From Candidatus Hermodarchaeota archaeon (GTDB lineage Archaea > Asgardarchaeota > Lokiarchaeia > Sigyniarchaeales > SOKP01): 23,092 nucleotides of DNA. Positions 1 through 8,514 of this stretch are shown piece after piece. The stretch is from positions 1 to 23,092 of the forward strand of contig JBHLLG010000045.1 in NCBI GenBank assembly GCA_048885925.1. Direction: 5' to 3'. Numbering within the stretch: position 1 is the first letter of the stretch; every line of letters starts with the position of its first letter. A program made the position numbers and the translations under genes. The notes beneath the pieces are model-generated. The model was not told where the DNA came from. It worked only from the letters and a program-made list of their open reading frames with translations, and did not search any database.

Positions 1-1
1 A

Positions 2-718
2 AAATCTTGTTTAAATATGATGAATATTCCTGTAGGTAAAACAAGGCAACCTATTGTTTTGGGTGATACATTATCTTATGAAATAAAGGATGAATTAAGA
101 GTTGAGCTTGAAAAAATAGGATTAATTAAAAAAACAGAGATCCAATTTGAATTGGGTGATAAACCACTTACTAGTCGTTTCTATGCAGTTGGAATTACAC
201 CTCAAAAAATTTCTGATTTTAACTTAAAAGTTGGGGAATCTCTTGTCGATGATAGAGCAGAACTTGCACATATTGATCTGTTAATAGGTAAGAAAGATGG
301 TCCTGTAGGTATTGCATATGCTCAAGCTTTAACAAATCCACAAGAAGGACGTGAAGGGCTTCAAGTGATACTTGAACCGAATATGCAAATAAAGCCTCCG
401 ACGATTATGATTCCAACAGTGCGTCCTACCTCATTACGTCATGCTAGTTTAACCTATGGACCCGCTCAAGCAGCAATCGCCAAAGCTGTTATGCAATGTG
501 TTGAAGATGGAATTCTTCCAAAAGAATTATTGGATGAGATCGTAATAATTGTAAATGTTTTTGTACATCCAAGTGCTAGTGCCAGAAAAAGAATATTCAT
601 TAACAACTACAAAGCAACCCGAAATGCTATCCGAAAAGCAATGGAAGGAGTACCAACTGTTGATGATGCTATTGAGAATATTGAAAATGCTCGTCACCCC
701 TTCAGGAATGATCCATAA
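2..718 (+). CDS. fae: Formaldehyde-activating enzyme (Fae) domain, C-terminal to a probable DapA-family domain; 5' end truncated by the window edge
   Basis: Fae motifs VGESLV..ELAHIDLLIGKKDGPVG, KPPTIMIP, GPAQAAIAKAV, VFVHP, NYKAT..AI and HPF. The frame has no stop between base 2 and the ATG at 17. The upstream peptide KSCLNMMNIPVGKTRQPI...ELEKIGLI resembles a DapA C-terminus. Confidence 0.85.
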   Translation, partial: KSCLNMMNIPVGKTRQPIVLGDTLSYEIKDELRVELEKIGLIKKTEIQFELGDKPLTSRFYAVGITPQKISDFNLKVGESLVDDRAELAHIDLLIGKKDGPVGIAYAQALTNPQEGREGLQVILEPNMQIKPPTIMIPTVRPTSLRHASLTYGPAQAAIAKAVMQCVEDGILPKELLDEIVIIVNVFVHPSASARKRIFINNYKATRNAIRKAMEGVPTVDDAIENIENARHPFRNDP

Positions 719-740
719 TTCTCTTTTTATTCTTTTTTAT
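719..740 (+). terminator. Probable archaeal oligo-T terminator after fae
   Basis: T-rich run TTTCTCTTTTTATTCTTTTTT immediately after the stop codon. Confidence 0.45.
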
Positions 741-880
741 AAATTATTCATTAACTTTTTTGATTAGTTCCTCCCTATGTTATCAATCTTCCTAAATTCT
801 TACTTCTAGAAATAAATATATTCAGTGGAATATATTTTATCAATATAAGTTTCAATCATTAAAGCTAGTTGTAATCTAAT

Positions 881-1195
881 ATGTGTCCAATATATACTAG
901 TAATATTGCTAATATATTAAAAATTGAACCTCCATCAAAGGAAGAAATAAAAGTATTTCGAGAAAAGAACTTATGTTTGGTGTGTAAAGGAGAAGCTTTA
1001 GGATTTAATGCTTTTATTTGCCCTACCTGTGATGTTCTATATTGTGAAAAATGTGCTAGGGCTTTAATTCTACTAGAAAATGCTTGTTGGGTGTGTAAAG
1101 GAATATTTAACCCTGCAAAACCAGTAAATCCATTCAACGAGGAAGGATATAATGGAAAATCTCCAAAAAAATCAAAAAATAGTATGAAAAAATAA
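881..1195 (+). CDS. Small 8-Cys zinc-binding (RING/C1-like) protein, possibly the remnant of a longer gene
   Basis: Four CxxC pairs: CLVC, CPTC, CEKC, CWVC. Confidence 0.7.
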   Translation: MCPIYTSNIANILKIEPPSKEEIKVFREKNLCLVCKGEALGFNAFICPTCDVLYCEKCARALILLENACWVCKGIFNPAKPVNPFNEEGYNGKSPKKSKNSMKK

Positions 1196-1227
1196 TTATA
1201 GCTGGAATTATAGACTTTTTTAGAATT

Positions 1228-1542
1228 CTATATCTCCAATTCAGCTAACTTCCGCATATCTCTACCACTTAAGACAGATTCTATCTTGTAAGAATATCCT
1301 TTAATCTCATTGAAATGAGATAACAATTTCATTAAATGAATTAAGGTCTCTTCAACTTTATTCTCCTCTATATAGATGATATTGTAGGTTTTCATCCCTT
1401 TTTGACCATCAGGAGTCGATAATATTGTCCATTTCTTAATATTAGGAATTGTAAATGGTGTTTCACCTCGAGATATCATTATTTCATCAACTTCTTTGAT
1501 TTTATCGAATGGAACCCAGGTAATTATCATATAAATTGCCAT
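1228..1542 (-). CDS. Hypothetical protein (~104 aa); alternative start at 1557
   Basis: Clean ORF with protein-like composition (MAIYMIITWVPFDK...) filling the gap between genes. No recognisable motif. Confidence 0.65.
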   Translation of the reverse strand: MAIYMIITWVPFDKIKEVDEIMISRGETPFTIPNIKKWTILSTPDGQKGMKTYNIIYIEENKVEETLIHLMKLLSHFNEIKGYSYKIESVLSGRDMRKLAELEI

Positions 1543-1749
1543 TATATAACAATCCATCTCTATTTTATTTTTTTCTAAATTATTAGTTTTTTATGAATTT
1601 CAACAAATTTTGTATAATTTATTTAAGTGATAGTAATAAGTAATAAATATAAATTTCCTATCTTTCAAATATGGATTTGATTCTTTAAATAAGCTTAAAA
1701 ATGCATATTTCGTTAATATAATCCATTATTCAACCATCCTTGAACAATC

Positions 1750-2907
1750 ATGATAGATAATACAGATAAAAAATATTATCGAATAGTTAAAATAATCAAT
1801 AACGCGGAAGCAACTCCGGTACCTCTTATAGATAGTAATTATAAAGTCCTCTCAACATTAATAGATATCTTGAAACACATTTTAACTGAAGAAGAAATTG
1901 ATTTTACATTCGCATTTAAAGTGAAATCCTCTCAAACCATGGAACAGTTAAAGATGAGCACTAAATTATCAGAAGAAGAAATCTTGGAAAAGGTTAATAA
2001 TTTAGCAAAAAAAGGTGTAATATTCAATCAACCAAATCGTCATGGAGTGATGGTGTATAAATTGTTATCATTTGTGCGTATATTTGAAAACTCCTTTATG
2101 AAGGACCTTGAACCTTCAAACTATAATAGGAAACTAGCGGATTTATTTGCCCAAGTGTTTGAAGAATTAAATGAGTTTTATCAAGAGTATTATGATTTTA
2201 TATCAAATATGATTCGTAACACACCACCAATTATACGAATATTACCAATATTAAAGAATAGACAAAACAAGAAAGAAATTAAAATAATAATTAATGAAGA
2301 ATTAGAAGTTCCAAGCGAAAAAATTTTACGTCTAAATAGTATAGAAGAAATTATAGAAAAATCTGATGATATTGCTGTCGGAAATTGTTATTGTAGACAT
2401 CATAAGGAACTTCTAAACGATAGCTGTAAAGTAAATGCTCCTGTTAAATCTTGTTTTACTTTTGGTAAATCAGCTCGATTTACATCCGATCAAGGGTTCG
2501 CTAGATTAATCTCTAAAGATGAAGCGTTAAAGATCTTTAAGGAAACAGAAGAATATGGTCTAGTTCATAAAACCTTTCATAATAATTTTGATATTAATAA
2601 AGAAATTATGGCTATTTGTAATTGTTGTAAATGTTGTTGCGTAGTATCCGGACAAAATTTAATTATTCCCCATGTTGATGCCACAAATTATATGGCAAAA
2701 ATAAATTATGATTTGTGTAAGGGAATAGGTATATGTATCGAAAAGTGTATTAATAAAGCCATCCAATTAAATGATGATAAGAAAACTATTATATCTGAAG
2801 AAAATTGTATTGGCTGTGGAGTTTGTGCTTCTTTTTGTCCTGAGGGCGCCATTTCTTTGCTTGAAGGTTCACGTAATGTAGTTGTACTTCCTCACCGTAG
2901 AGATTAG
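1750..2907 (+). CDS. 4Fe-4S dicluster domain protein with N-terminal winged-helix-like segment
   Basis: HTH-like TMEQLK..LSEEEILEKVNNLAKKGVI. Central CYCRH..C..C and ICNCCKCCC. C-terminal CKGIGICIEKC and CIGCGVCASFCP ferredoxin motifs. Confidence 0.8.
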   Translation: MIDNTDKKYYRIVKIINNAEATPVPLIDSNYKVLSTLIDILKHILTEEEIDFTFAFKVKSSQTMEQLKMSTKLSEEEILEKVNNLAKKGVIFNQPNRHGVMVYKLLSFVRIFENSFMKDLEPSNYNRKLADLFAQVFEELNEFYQEYYDFISNMIRNTPPIIRILPILKNRQNKKEIKIIINEELEVPSEKILRLNSIEEIIEKSDDIAVGNCYCRHHKELLNDSCKVNAPVKSCFTFGKSARFTSDQGFARLISKDEALKIFKETEEYGLVHKTFHNNFDINKEIMAICNCCKCCCVVSGQNLIIPHVDATNYMAKINYDLCKGIGICIEKCINKAIQLNDDKKTIISEENCIGCGVCASFCPEGAISLLEGSRNVVVLPHRRD

Positions 2908-3344
2908 ACTTTTAATTTTAAGAGTTTCTGCTTCAGATCGTCAGAAATTTTTGCTTTTCTTTAGTTTTCATAATCATACCAAATTTTATGAGATTCTCCT
3001 TCAGCTACTTTTCTTTCTAATTTCTCACTTACTAAAATATGTTTTATAATATTCTAAGATCCTTCTATACTAGTTATTTTTGCACCTACATATACGGTAT
3101 CGGGATACCTTAAAGGTGCTTTATAATAGCAATCTTGGTTAGATAATATATGTCCAATCCGAACTGATGTATGTTCTTCATAAATATCAAAGAATCTAAA
3201 TAATATTATTCGAGTGCATTCAAAATAACGATAATATATTGTATTGTTTACATGCCCTCTAGAATCCATGTCCCCCCATCGAATGGGTATTTCTTCTACT
3301 ATTGTATACTGAAAATGTAAAACATCTTTTTAGAAATGATCCAT
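2904..3344 (-). pseudogene. Acyl-CoA thioesterase (4HBT/YbgC-like hotdog fold) with three in-frame stops
   Basis: One continuous frame reads MDHF*KDVLHFQYTIVEEIPIRWGDMDSRGHVNNTIYYRYFE...YKAPLRYPD...GS*NIIKH...VAEGESHKIWYDYEN*RKAKISDDLKQKLLKLKV*. Stops lie at 3330-3332 (TAA), 3054-3056 (TAG) and 2961-2963 (TAA). Confidence 0.85.
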
Positions 3345-3545
3345 AGATTCTTTTTTTTAATCCTTTATCTATAATACACTAATACAGTTTTCAAATAAAA
3401 GTTATAAAATTTATTTAAAATTTTAGTTCAAAATTATCATATAACGATTAAATTCTCATTAAGAATCTTCAAATTTAATAATTCATTATTATCTTCAACA
3501 AAATTCATCTAATTTTACTTTTAAAAATTCTAAGGTTAAATAACC

Positions 3546-4106
3546 ATGGATCTAAAAGAAATAATTAATTTAAGAAGATCATACAGATCTATTACTCCTA
3601 TTAAAATTACACAAAATATCATTAATGACTTAGCTGAATGTGCAAGTTTAGCACCTTCTTGTAAAAATTCACAACCATGGAGATTTGTTTTTGTATTTGA
3701 AAATAACCAACTTCAAAAATTATTTAAAACTTTAAAATCTCCAAATGATAAATGGGCTGTTAATGCTTCTATGATTATAGTCATTTTCAGCAATGTAAAG
3801 TTTGATTGCATCATCAATGAACGTTTATATTATTTATTTGATAGTGGGATAGCCACTGCCTTCATTTTGCTTAGAGCCACTGAACTAGGATTAGTCGCAC
3901 ACCCAATAGCAGGTTTTGAGGAATCAATGGTAAAGGAAGTCCTTAATATCCCAGTAGATATGAGAGTAATTACCTTAATCATTATAGGAAAAAAATCTGA
4001 AACTGTAGATAGGAATTTAACAGAATTAATGATAAATACTGAATTTAATAAACCTTCACGTAAGAACTTTAAAGAATTCGCATACTTGAATAAATACACT
4101 CCTTAG
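3546..4106 (+). CDS. Nitroreductase family protein (copy 1)
   Basis: RRSYR, APSCKNSQPWRF, D.GIA...[12 protein letters not shown] motifs. Confidence 0.9.
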   Translation: MDLKEIINLRRSYRSITPIKITQNIINDLAECASLAPSCKNSQPWRFVFVFENNQLQKLFKTLKSPNDKWAVNASMIIVIFSNVKFDCIINERLYYLFDSGIATAFILLRATELGLVAHPIAGFEESMVKEVLNIPVDMRVITLIIIGKKSETVDRNLTELMINTEFNKPSRKNFKEFAYLNKYTP

Positions 4107-4327
4107 AAGATAATTTTTCTCACAAATTTAAACCTCCTATATCTATCTAGTGTTTATTCTATATCATATTATATTTTATTAATTTAATTCAGTTTAGATT
4201 TTAAATTAGTAAACTTTTATTATAGAAGTTTAATACACTATAACCCTAATATTGATAATTTATAGAAATTATTAACTATTAATAATATAAAATCCAAAAA
4301 TTACAAAAATTGAGAGCTATATATAAA

Positions 4328-4813
4328 ATGTCACAACAAATTCTTGAATTAAAAGAAGGAAATGATGCTCCTGAATTTACTCTTCCGGATAAAGACAATA
4401 AACTAATCTCTTTAAAAGAGTTTAAAGGAAAATATGTTATACTTTATTTTTACCCTGCAGATAATACACCCGCTTGCACAACCGAAGCTATTGGTTTTAC
4501 AGGAATTTTACCTGCATTAGAGAAATTAGATGCGGTAGTAATTGGAATCAGTCCTGATAGCCCCGAATCTCATGCTAAATTTATTGAAAAGAAAAATCTG
4601 AAAGTGATTCTATTAAGTGATGTTGATAATAAAGTAATCAAGAAATACGGTAAATGGGGAAAGAAGAAATTTAGAGGTAAAGAATATATTGGTGTTATTA
4701 GAAGTACATTTTTGATTGATCCAGAAGGTAAAATCGCTCATATTTGGCCTAAAGTTTCTGTTAAAGGTCATCCTGAAGAAGTAGAAAGTATTTTAAGAAA
4801 TTTAATAAAATAA
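4328..4813 (+). CDS. bcp: Peroxiredoxin Bcp/PrxQ family
   Basis: LYFYPADNTPACTTEA, GISPD, LLSD, RSTFLIDPEG and VKGH motifs. The ATG at 4328 is preferred over the TTG at 4310. Confidence 0.92.
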   Translation: MSQQILELKEGNDAPEFTLPDKDNKLISLKEFKGKYVILYFYPADNTPACTTEAIGFTGILPALEKLDAVVIGISPDSPESHAKFIEKKNLKVILLSDVDNKVIKKYGKWGKKKFRGKEYIGVIRSTFLIDPEGKIAHIWPKVSVKGHPEEVESILRNLIK

Positions 4814-4873
4814 TTTGTTTTTTCCTAATTTTTTTTAAAATTTTATGAATTTATTAAAAAGATAACTAATAAA

Positions 4874-5458
4874 ATGAATGTTAAAGAAGCAATAGAGAAA
4901 AGAAGAGCATATCGTTCCCTTGATTTTATTGAAGTTAATGATGATTTAATTATAGATTTAGCTAAAATAGCTCAAATTGCTCCTTCATGTGCCAATAAAC
5001 AACCATGGAATTTCATTTTTGTAAAAGATAAAAACCAATTAAATACATTATTTACAACGTTATCCGAAGGAAATAAATGGGTCGAAAAAGCCTCAATGAT
5101 TATAGCTGTATTCAGTAGACCTGAATTTGATTGCATAATAGAAGAACGTCAATATTTTGTATTTGATACAGGGCTTGCAACAGCATTCATAATCTTACGT
5201 GCTACAGAATTAGGATTAATTGCCCATCCAATAGCTGGCTATAATGAAGATCAAGCAAAAAAAATTCTTGAAATTCCTGTGGAGATGAGATTAATTACTC
5301 TTGTAATTATTGGAAAACATTCAAAAGAAATTAATCCAGTCCTTTCTGAAGCTATGAAGTTAGGAGAAAAACAACGTCCACCTAGGAAGAAATTAGAAGA
5401 TTTTATATTTCTAAATAGATATAATGACAAATTTATTGAAAAAGGAAGCAAAGAATGA
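4874..5458 (+). CDS. Nitroreductase family protein (copy 2)
   Basis: [17 protein letters not shown] and [15 protein letters not shown] motifs. Clear paralog of 3546..4106. Confidence 0.9.
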   Translation: MNVKEAIEKRRAYRSLDFIEVNDDLIIDLAKIAQIAPSCANKQPWNFIFVKDKNQLNTLFTTLSEGNKWVEKASMIIAVFSRPEFDCIIEERQYFVFDTGLATAFIILRATELGLIAHPIAGYNEDQAKKILEIPVEMRLITLVIIGKHSKEINPVLSEAMKLGEKQRPPRKKLEDFIFLNRYNDKFIEKGSKE

Positions 5459-7536
5459 ATAATACGCTAATTAAAAATTATAAAAATCATTTATCAAATG
5501 AAAAAAGTCCATATTTACTTCAACATGTAAAGAATCCTGTAGATTGGTACCCATGGAGTGAAACGGCTTTTAAAAAGGCTAAAGAAGAGAATAAGCCAAT
5601 ATTTTTGTCAATAGGATATTCTACATGCCATTGGTGTCATGTAATGGCACATGAATCATTTGAAGATAAAGAAGTTGCTGAACTGATGAATGAGATATTT
5701 ATATCAATAAAAGTAGATAGAGAAGAGCGTCCTGATATTGATAAAGTATATATGACTGTATGTCAAATGATGACAGGGTCAGGAGGATGGCCACTTACCA
5801 TCATCATGACCCCCGATAAAAAACCTTTTTTTGCAGGGACTTATTTCCCAAAAGAAACTCGATTTGGGCGAATTGGATTAATTGATTTATTTATCCGTAT
5901 AAAAGAACTTTGGACTAATCAAAGAGATGAGTTATTGAATTCTGCCGAACAGATAACCTTCAGTCTTCAAAATCTAGATCAAGAACCACCTGGTGAAAAA
6001 TTAACCATAAATATTCTTAAAAAGACATACCAACAATTGTCAATACAATTTGATTCAAAAAATGGTGGATTTGGGAATCGTCCAAAATTCCCTACTCCCC
6101 ATAATCTTATCTTTCTACTACGATATTGGAAACGCACTGGAGACAGTAAAGCATTAGAAATGGTGGAAAAAACACTTTTAGAGATGAGAAAAGGAGGAAT
6201 ATACGACCATATTGGTTTTGGATTTCATAGGTATTCGACTGATTCATTCTGGTTTGTACCTCATTTTGAAAAAATGCTCTATGATCAAGCATTAATCGCA
6301 ATTGCTTACATTGAAGCCTATCAAGCAACTAAAAATAATTTATATAAAAGAACCGCACAAGAAATATTTACTTACGTTTTAAGAGACATGGTTTCCCCTG
6401 AAGGGGGCTTTTATTCTGCTGAAGATGCGGATAGTGAAGGAGTAGAGGGTAAATTTTATTTATGGTCCAAAATAGAACTTGAGAAAATTCTGGAGATAGA
6501 TCAACTAGATTTAATTCTGAAATTGTTTAACGTACACGAATTTGGCAATTATCTTGAAGAAGCATCGGCTAAACAAACAGGAAAAAATATTTTATATTTA
6601 AGTTCTCTTCCAGATAAAGAAATTATTGAAAAAATTGAAGAAATTCGTCTAATCCTTTTTGCTACAAGAGAAAGTAGAATTCATCCTCATAAAGATGATA
6701 AAATCTTAACCGATTGGAACGGATTAATGATTGCGGCATTAGTTAAAGGTGCTGTCGCTTTTCAAGAAGAAATTTATTTAGAAACAGCAAAAAAAGCTGT
6801 AAATTTTATTCTATCAAATCTCAAAGAATCTAATAATAATCTATTACATCGTTATAGAGCTGGTGTCTCCGAGATTAAAGGTTTTTTAACTGATTATGCT
6901 TTTTTTATCTGGGGTCTTATTGAATTATATGAAGCTACTTTTGATACTTTCTACTTAAAAACTGCTCTTGAACTACATAAAATTCTAATGGAAAATTTTT
7001 GGGATACTGATATAGGGGGATTTTTCTTCACTGCGAAAAATAGTGAAAATTTATTAACAAAACAAAAAGAAATATATGATGGTGCTATTCCTTCAGGTAA
7101 TTCAATAGCATTACTTAATTTATTGCGACTAAGCTACATTACAGGAAATCATGAATTGGAAGAGAAAGCAGATAAATTATTTAGGGTGTTTTCTGAAAAG
7201 ATAAAGGCAAACGTATTAGCTCATACTCAATTTTTAGTTGCTATCGATTTTGCAATAGGACCAAGTTATTCATTAGTTATAGCTGGCGATTCTAAAAGTA
7301 AAGATACAAAAGACTTTATTAATCTAATAAGTGATGAATATATTCCTAACAAAGTATTAATGCTTAGAAAGATCGATCAGGAAGTTCCAGATATCGATCA
7401 ATATTCAAATTTCGTTGAATTTTTTTATGATTATAAGAATAAAACTACCTCTTATGTTTGCATTAATAAAACATGTAAACCACCAACGAATGATATCAAT
7501 CAAACTTTAAAATACTTAAATCCTAAAAGAGAATAA
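5455..7536 (+). CDS. yyaL: Thioredoxin domain-containing protein, YyaL/SPATA20 (SSP411) family
   Basis: [60 protein letters not shown] and [10 protein letters not shown] motifs. ATGA overlap with the upstream gene. Confidence 0.95.
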   Translation: MNNTLIKNYKNHLSNEKSPYLLQHVKNPVDWYPWSETAFKKAKEENKPIFLSIGYSTCHWCHVMAHESFEDKEVAELMNEIFISIKVDREERPDIDKVYMTVCQMMTGSGGWPLTIIMTPDKKPFFAGTYFPKETRFGRIGLIDLFIRIKELWTNQRDELLNSAEQITFSLQNLDQEPPGEKLTINILKKTYQQLSIQFDSKNGGFGNRPKFPTPHNLIFLLRYWKRTGDSKALEMVEKTLLEMRKGGIYDHIGFGFHRYSTDSFWFVPHFEKMLYDQALIAIAYIEAYQATKNNLYKRTAQEIFTYVLRDMVSPEGGFYSAEDADSEGVEGKFYLWSKIELEKILEIDQLDLILKLFNVHEFGNYLEEASAKQTGKNILYLSSLPDKEIIEKIEEIRLILFATRESRIHPHKDDKILTDWNGLMIAALVKGAVAFQEEIYLETAKKAVNFILSNLKESNNNLLHRYRAGVSEIKGFLTDYAFFIWGLIELYEATFDTFYLKTALELHKILMENFWDTDIGGFFFTAKNSENLLTKQKEIYDGAIPSGNSIALLNLLRLSYITGNHELEEKADKLFRVFSEKIKANVLAHTQFLVAIDFAIGPSYSLVIAGDSKSKDTKDFINLISDEYIPNKVLMLRKIDQEVPDIDQYSNFVEFFYDYKNKTTSYVCINKTCKPPTNDINQTLKYLNPKRE

Positions 7537-7572
7537 TTTCAGAAGTAGTATAAAAGTTAAAGAAGATCTGAT

Positions 7573-7710
7573 TTATAAGCCAAATTCCTCAATTTTTTGA
7601 TTTACTAAGTCTATTAATTAATCGCTTGTTATCAAAGCATTCATTCTTTCTTGAGATATGAATAAATCTAATCCTGATGCATCCATAAAATAATTTAAAG
7701 GAAATTATTT
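7573..7710 (-). pseudogene. Degraded fragment paralogous to the C-terminus of the neighbouring gene
   Basis: K*FPLNYFMDASGLDLFISQERMNALITSD*LIDLVNQKIEEFGL* aligns by eye with KYPSAYILENGNLTLMISDDEMNLVKSLDEMKLLVISKINNL of 7759..8172. Confidence 0.6.
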
Positions 7711-7758
7711 ATTTCTTGTAAAAGAAATAATTAAAAAATATTATAAACTTACAAATAT

Positions 7759-8172
7759 CTAAATAATTCGAGCAGATTCACTAAACTCTGTAATATTTGG
7801 CAAATTATTAATCTTACTTATTACTAAAAGTTTCATTTCGTCTAAAGACTTTACCAAGTTCATTTCATCATCAGAGATCATGAGTGTTAAATTTCCATTC
7901 TCAAGGATATATGCTGAAGGATATTTTGCATCTTTAATATTATATTCTCTCTCAAATTCATCCCGATGCAAGAATTCAGTCTCAATATTAAGTTTATTAA
8001 TAAATGATTTCCAATCTTTTTTCATAGAGAATATCCCAAATGTCTGAAAACACAAATTACATTCATACGTACTTGGTCTAAGAATCTTTTTCCAAAAATC
8101 CTTGATTAAATTAATTACTCCAGAATCGGCATTATATACAAAAACGAGTTTTTTTTTATAAATATTCTTCAA
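7759..8172 (-). CDS. Conserved hypothetical CxxC protein (FVYNADSG...YxCxLC family)
   Basis: LVFVYNADSG, TYECNLC and FLHRDEF motifs. The TTG start at 8172 is preceded by a GGGGTG Shine-Dalgarno, so the longer ORF-track start at 8256 is unlikely. Confidence 0.75.
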   Translation of the reverse strand: MKNIYKKKLVFVYNADSGVINLIKDFWKKILRPSTYECNLCFQTFGIFSMKKDWKSFINKLNIETEFLHRDEFEREYNIKDAKYPSAYILENGNLTLMISDDEMNLVKSLDEMKLLVISKINNLPNITEFSESARII

Positions 8173-8280
8173 TTTAATTACACCCCGTGCTAAATTATAC
8201 ATATTACAACATTTTAATCTCTTTATTATCATCAATAAATTTTTTACCAAGAACACTGAAAAAATAAACGAGAAATTTTC

Positions 8281-8359
8281 AAAGAGCTATGAAAGTATTA
8301 CTTACTTTTTTAAAAGAAAAGATATTTTTTTATTAAATTCGAATACTTTTCATTCTTTT
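8281..8359 (-). promoter_or_regulatory. SECIS-like stem-loop (degenerate) downstream of the in-frame UGA
   Basis: Minus strand AAAGA-AUGA-AAAGUAUU-(42 nt)-AAUACUUU-CAU-AGC-UCUUU. Two helices flank an AUGA, but the 3' side has CA where a SECIS needs GA. Confidence 0.35.
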
Positions 8360-8443
8360 TCTATTAACACATAATAATCAACAATAAAAACAACGAATTA
8401 TCATTTCTAGATGATTTACTACACCTTCGGGAACTTCACTCAT
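8333..8443 (-). CDS. vhuU: VhuU/MvhU-like [NiFe]-hydrogenase C-terminal peptide with in-frame UGA (putative selenocysteine); divergent or decaying
   Basis: Translates MSEVPEGVVNHLEMIIRCFYC(UGA)LLCVNRKRMKSIRI*. The UGA at 8378-8380 aligns to U/C of the N-x-x-E-M-x-I-R-x-x-D-P-U-x-x-C-x-x-H motif. It has an upstream TATA and GTGA, and lies downstream of mvhG-hdrC-hdrB. Confidence 0.7.
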
Positions 8444-8470
8444 TTATTATTTTCACATTTATTTGTTGTT

Positions 8471-8490
8471 ATTATATATTAACCTTTTTT
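8471..8490 (-). promoter_or_regulatory. BRE + TATA box for the vhuU-like gene
   Basis: Minus strand AAAAAAGGTTAATATATAAT, about 30 nt upstream of the ATG at 8443. Confidence 0.55.
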
Positions 8491-8514
8491 AATTTGTAAA
8501 AAATTAGGATTGAA

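Noticed and set aside
2904-3344. TAA/TAG reassignment or pyrrolysine readthrough to explain the thioesterase stops
   Set aside because: Intact genes throughout the window end in TAA or TAG at the expected family lengths, so pseudogenisation is simpler.
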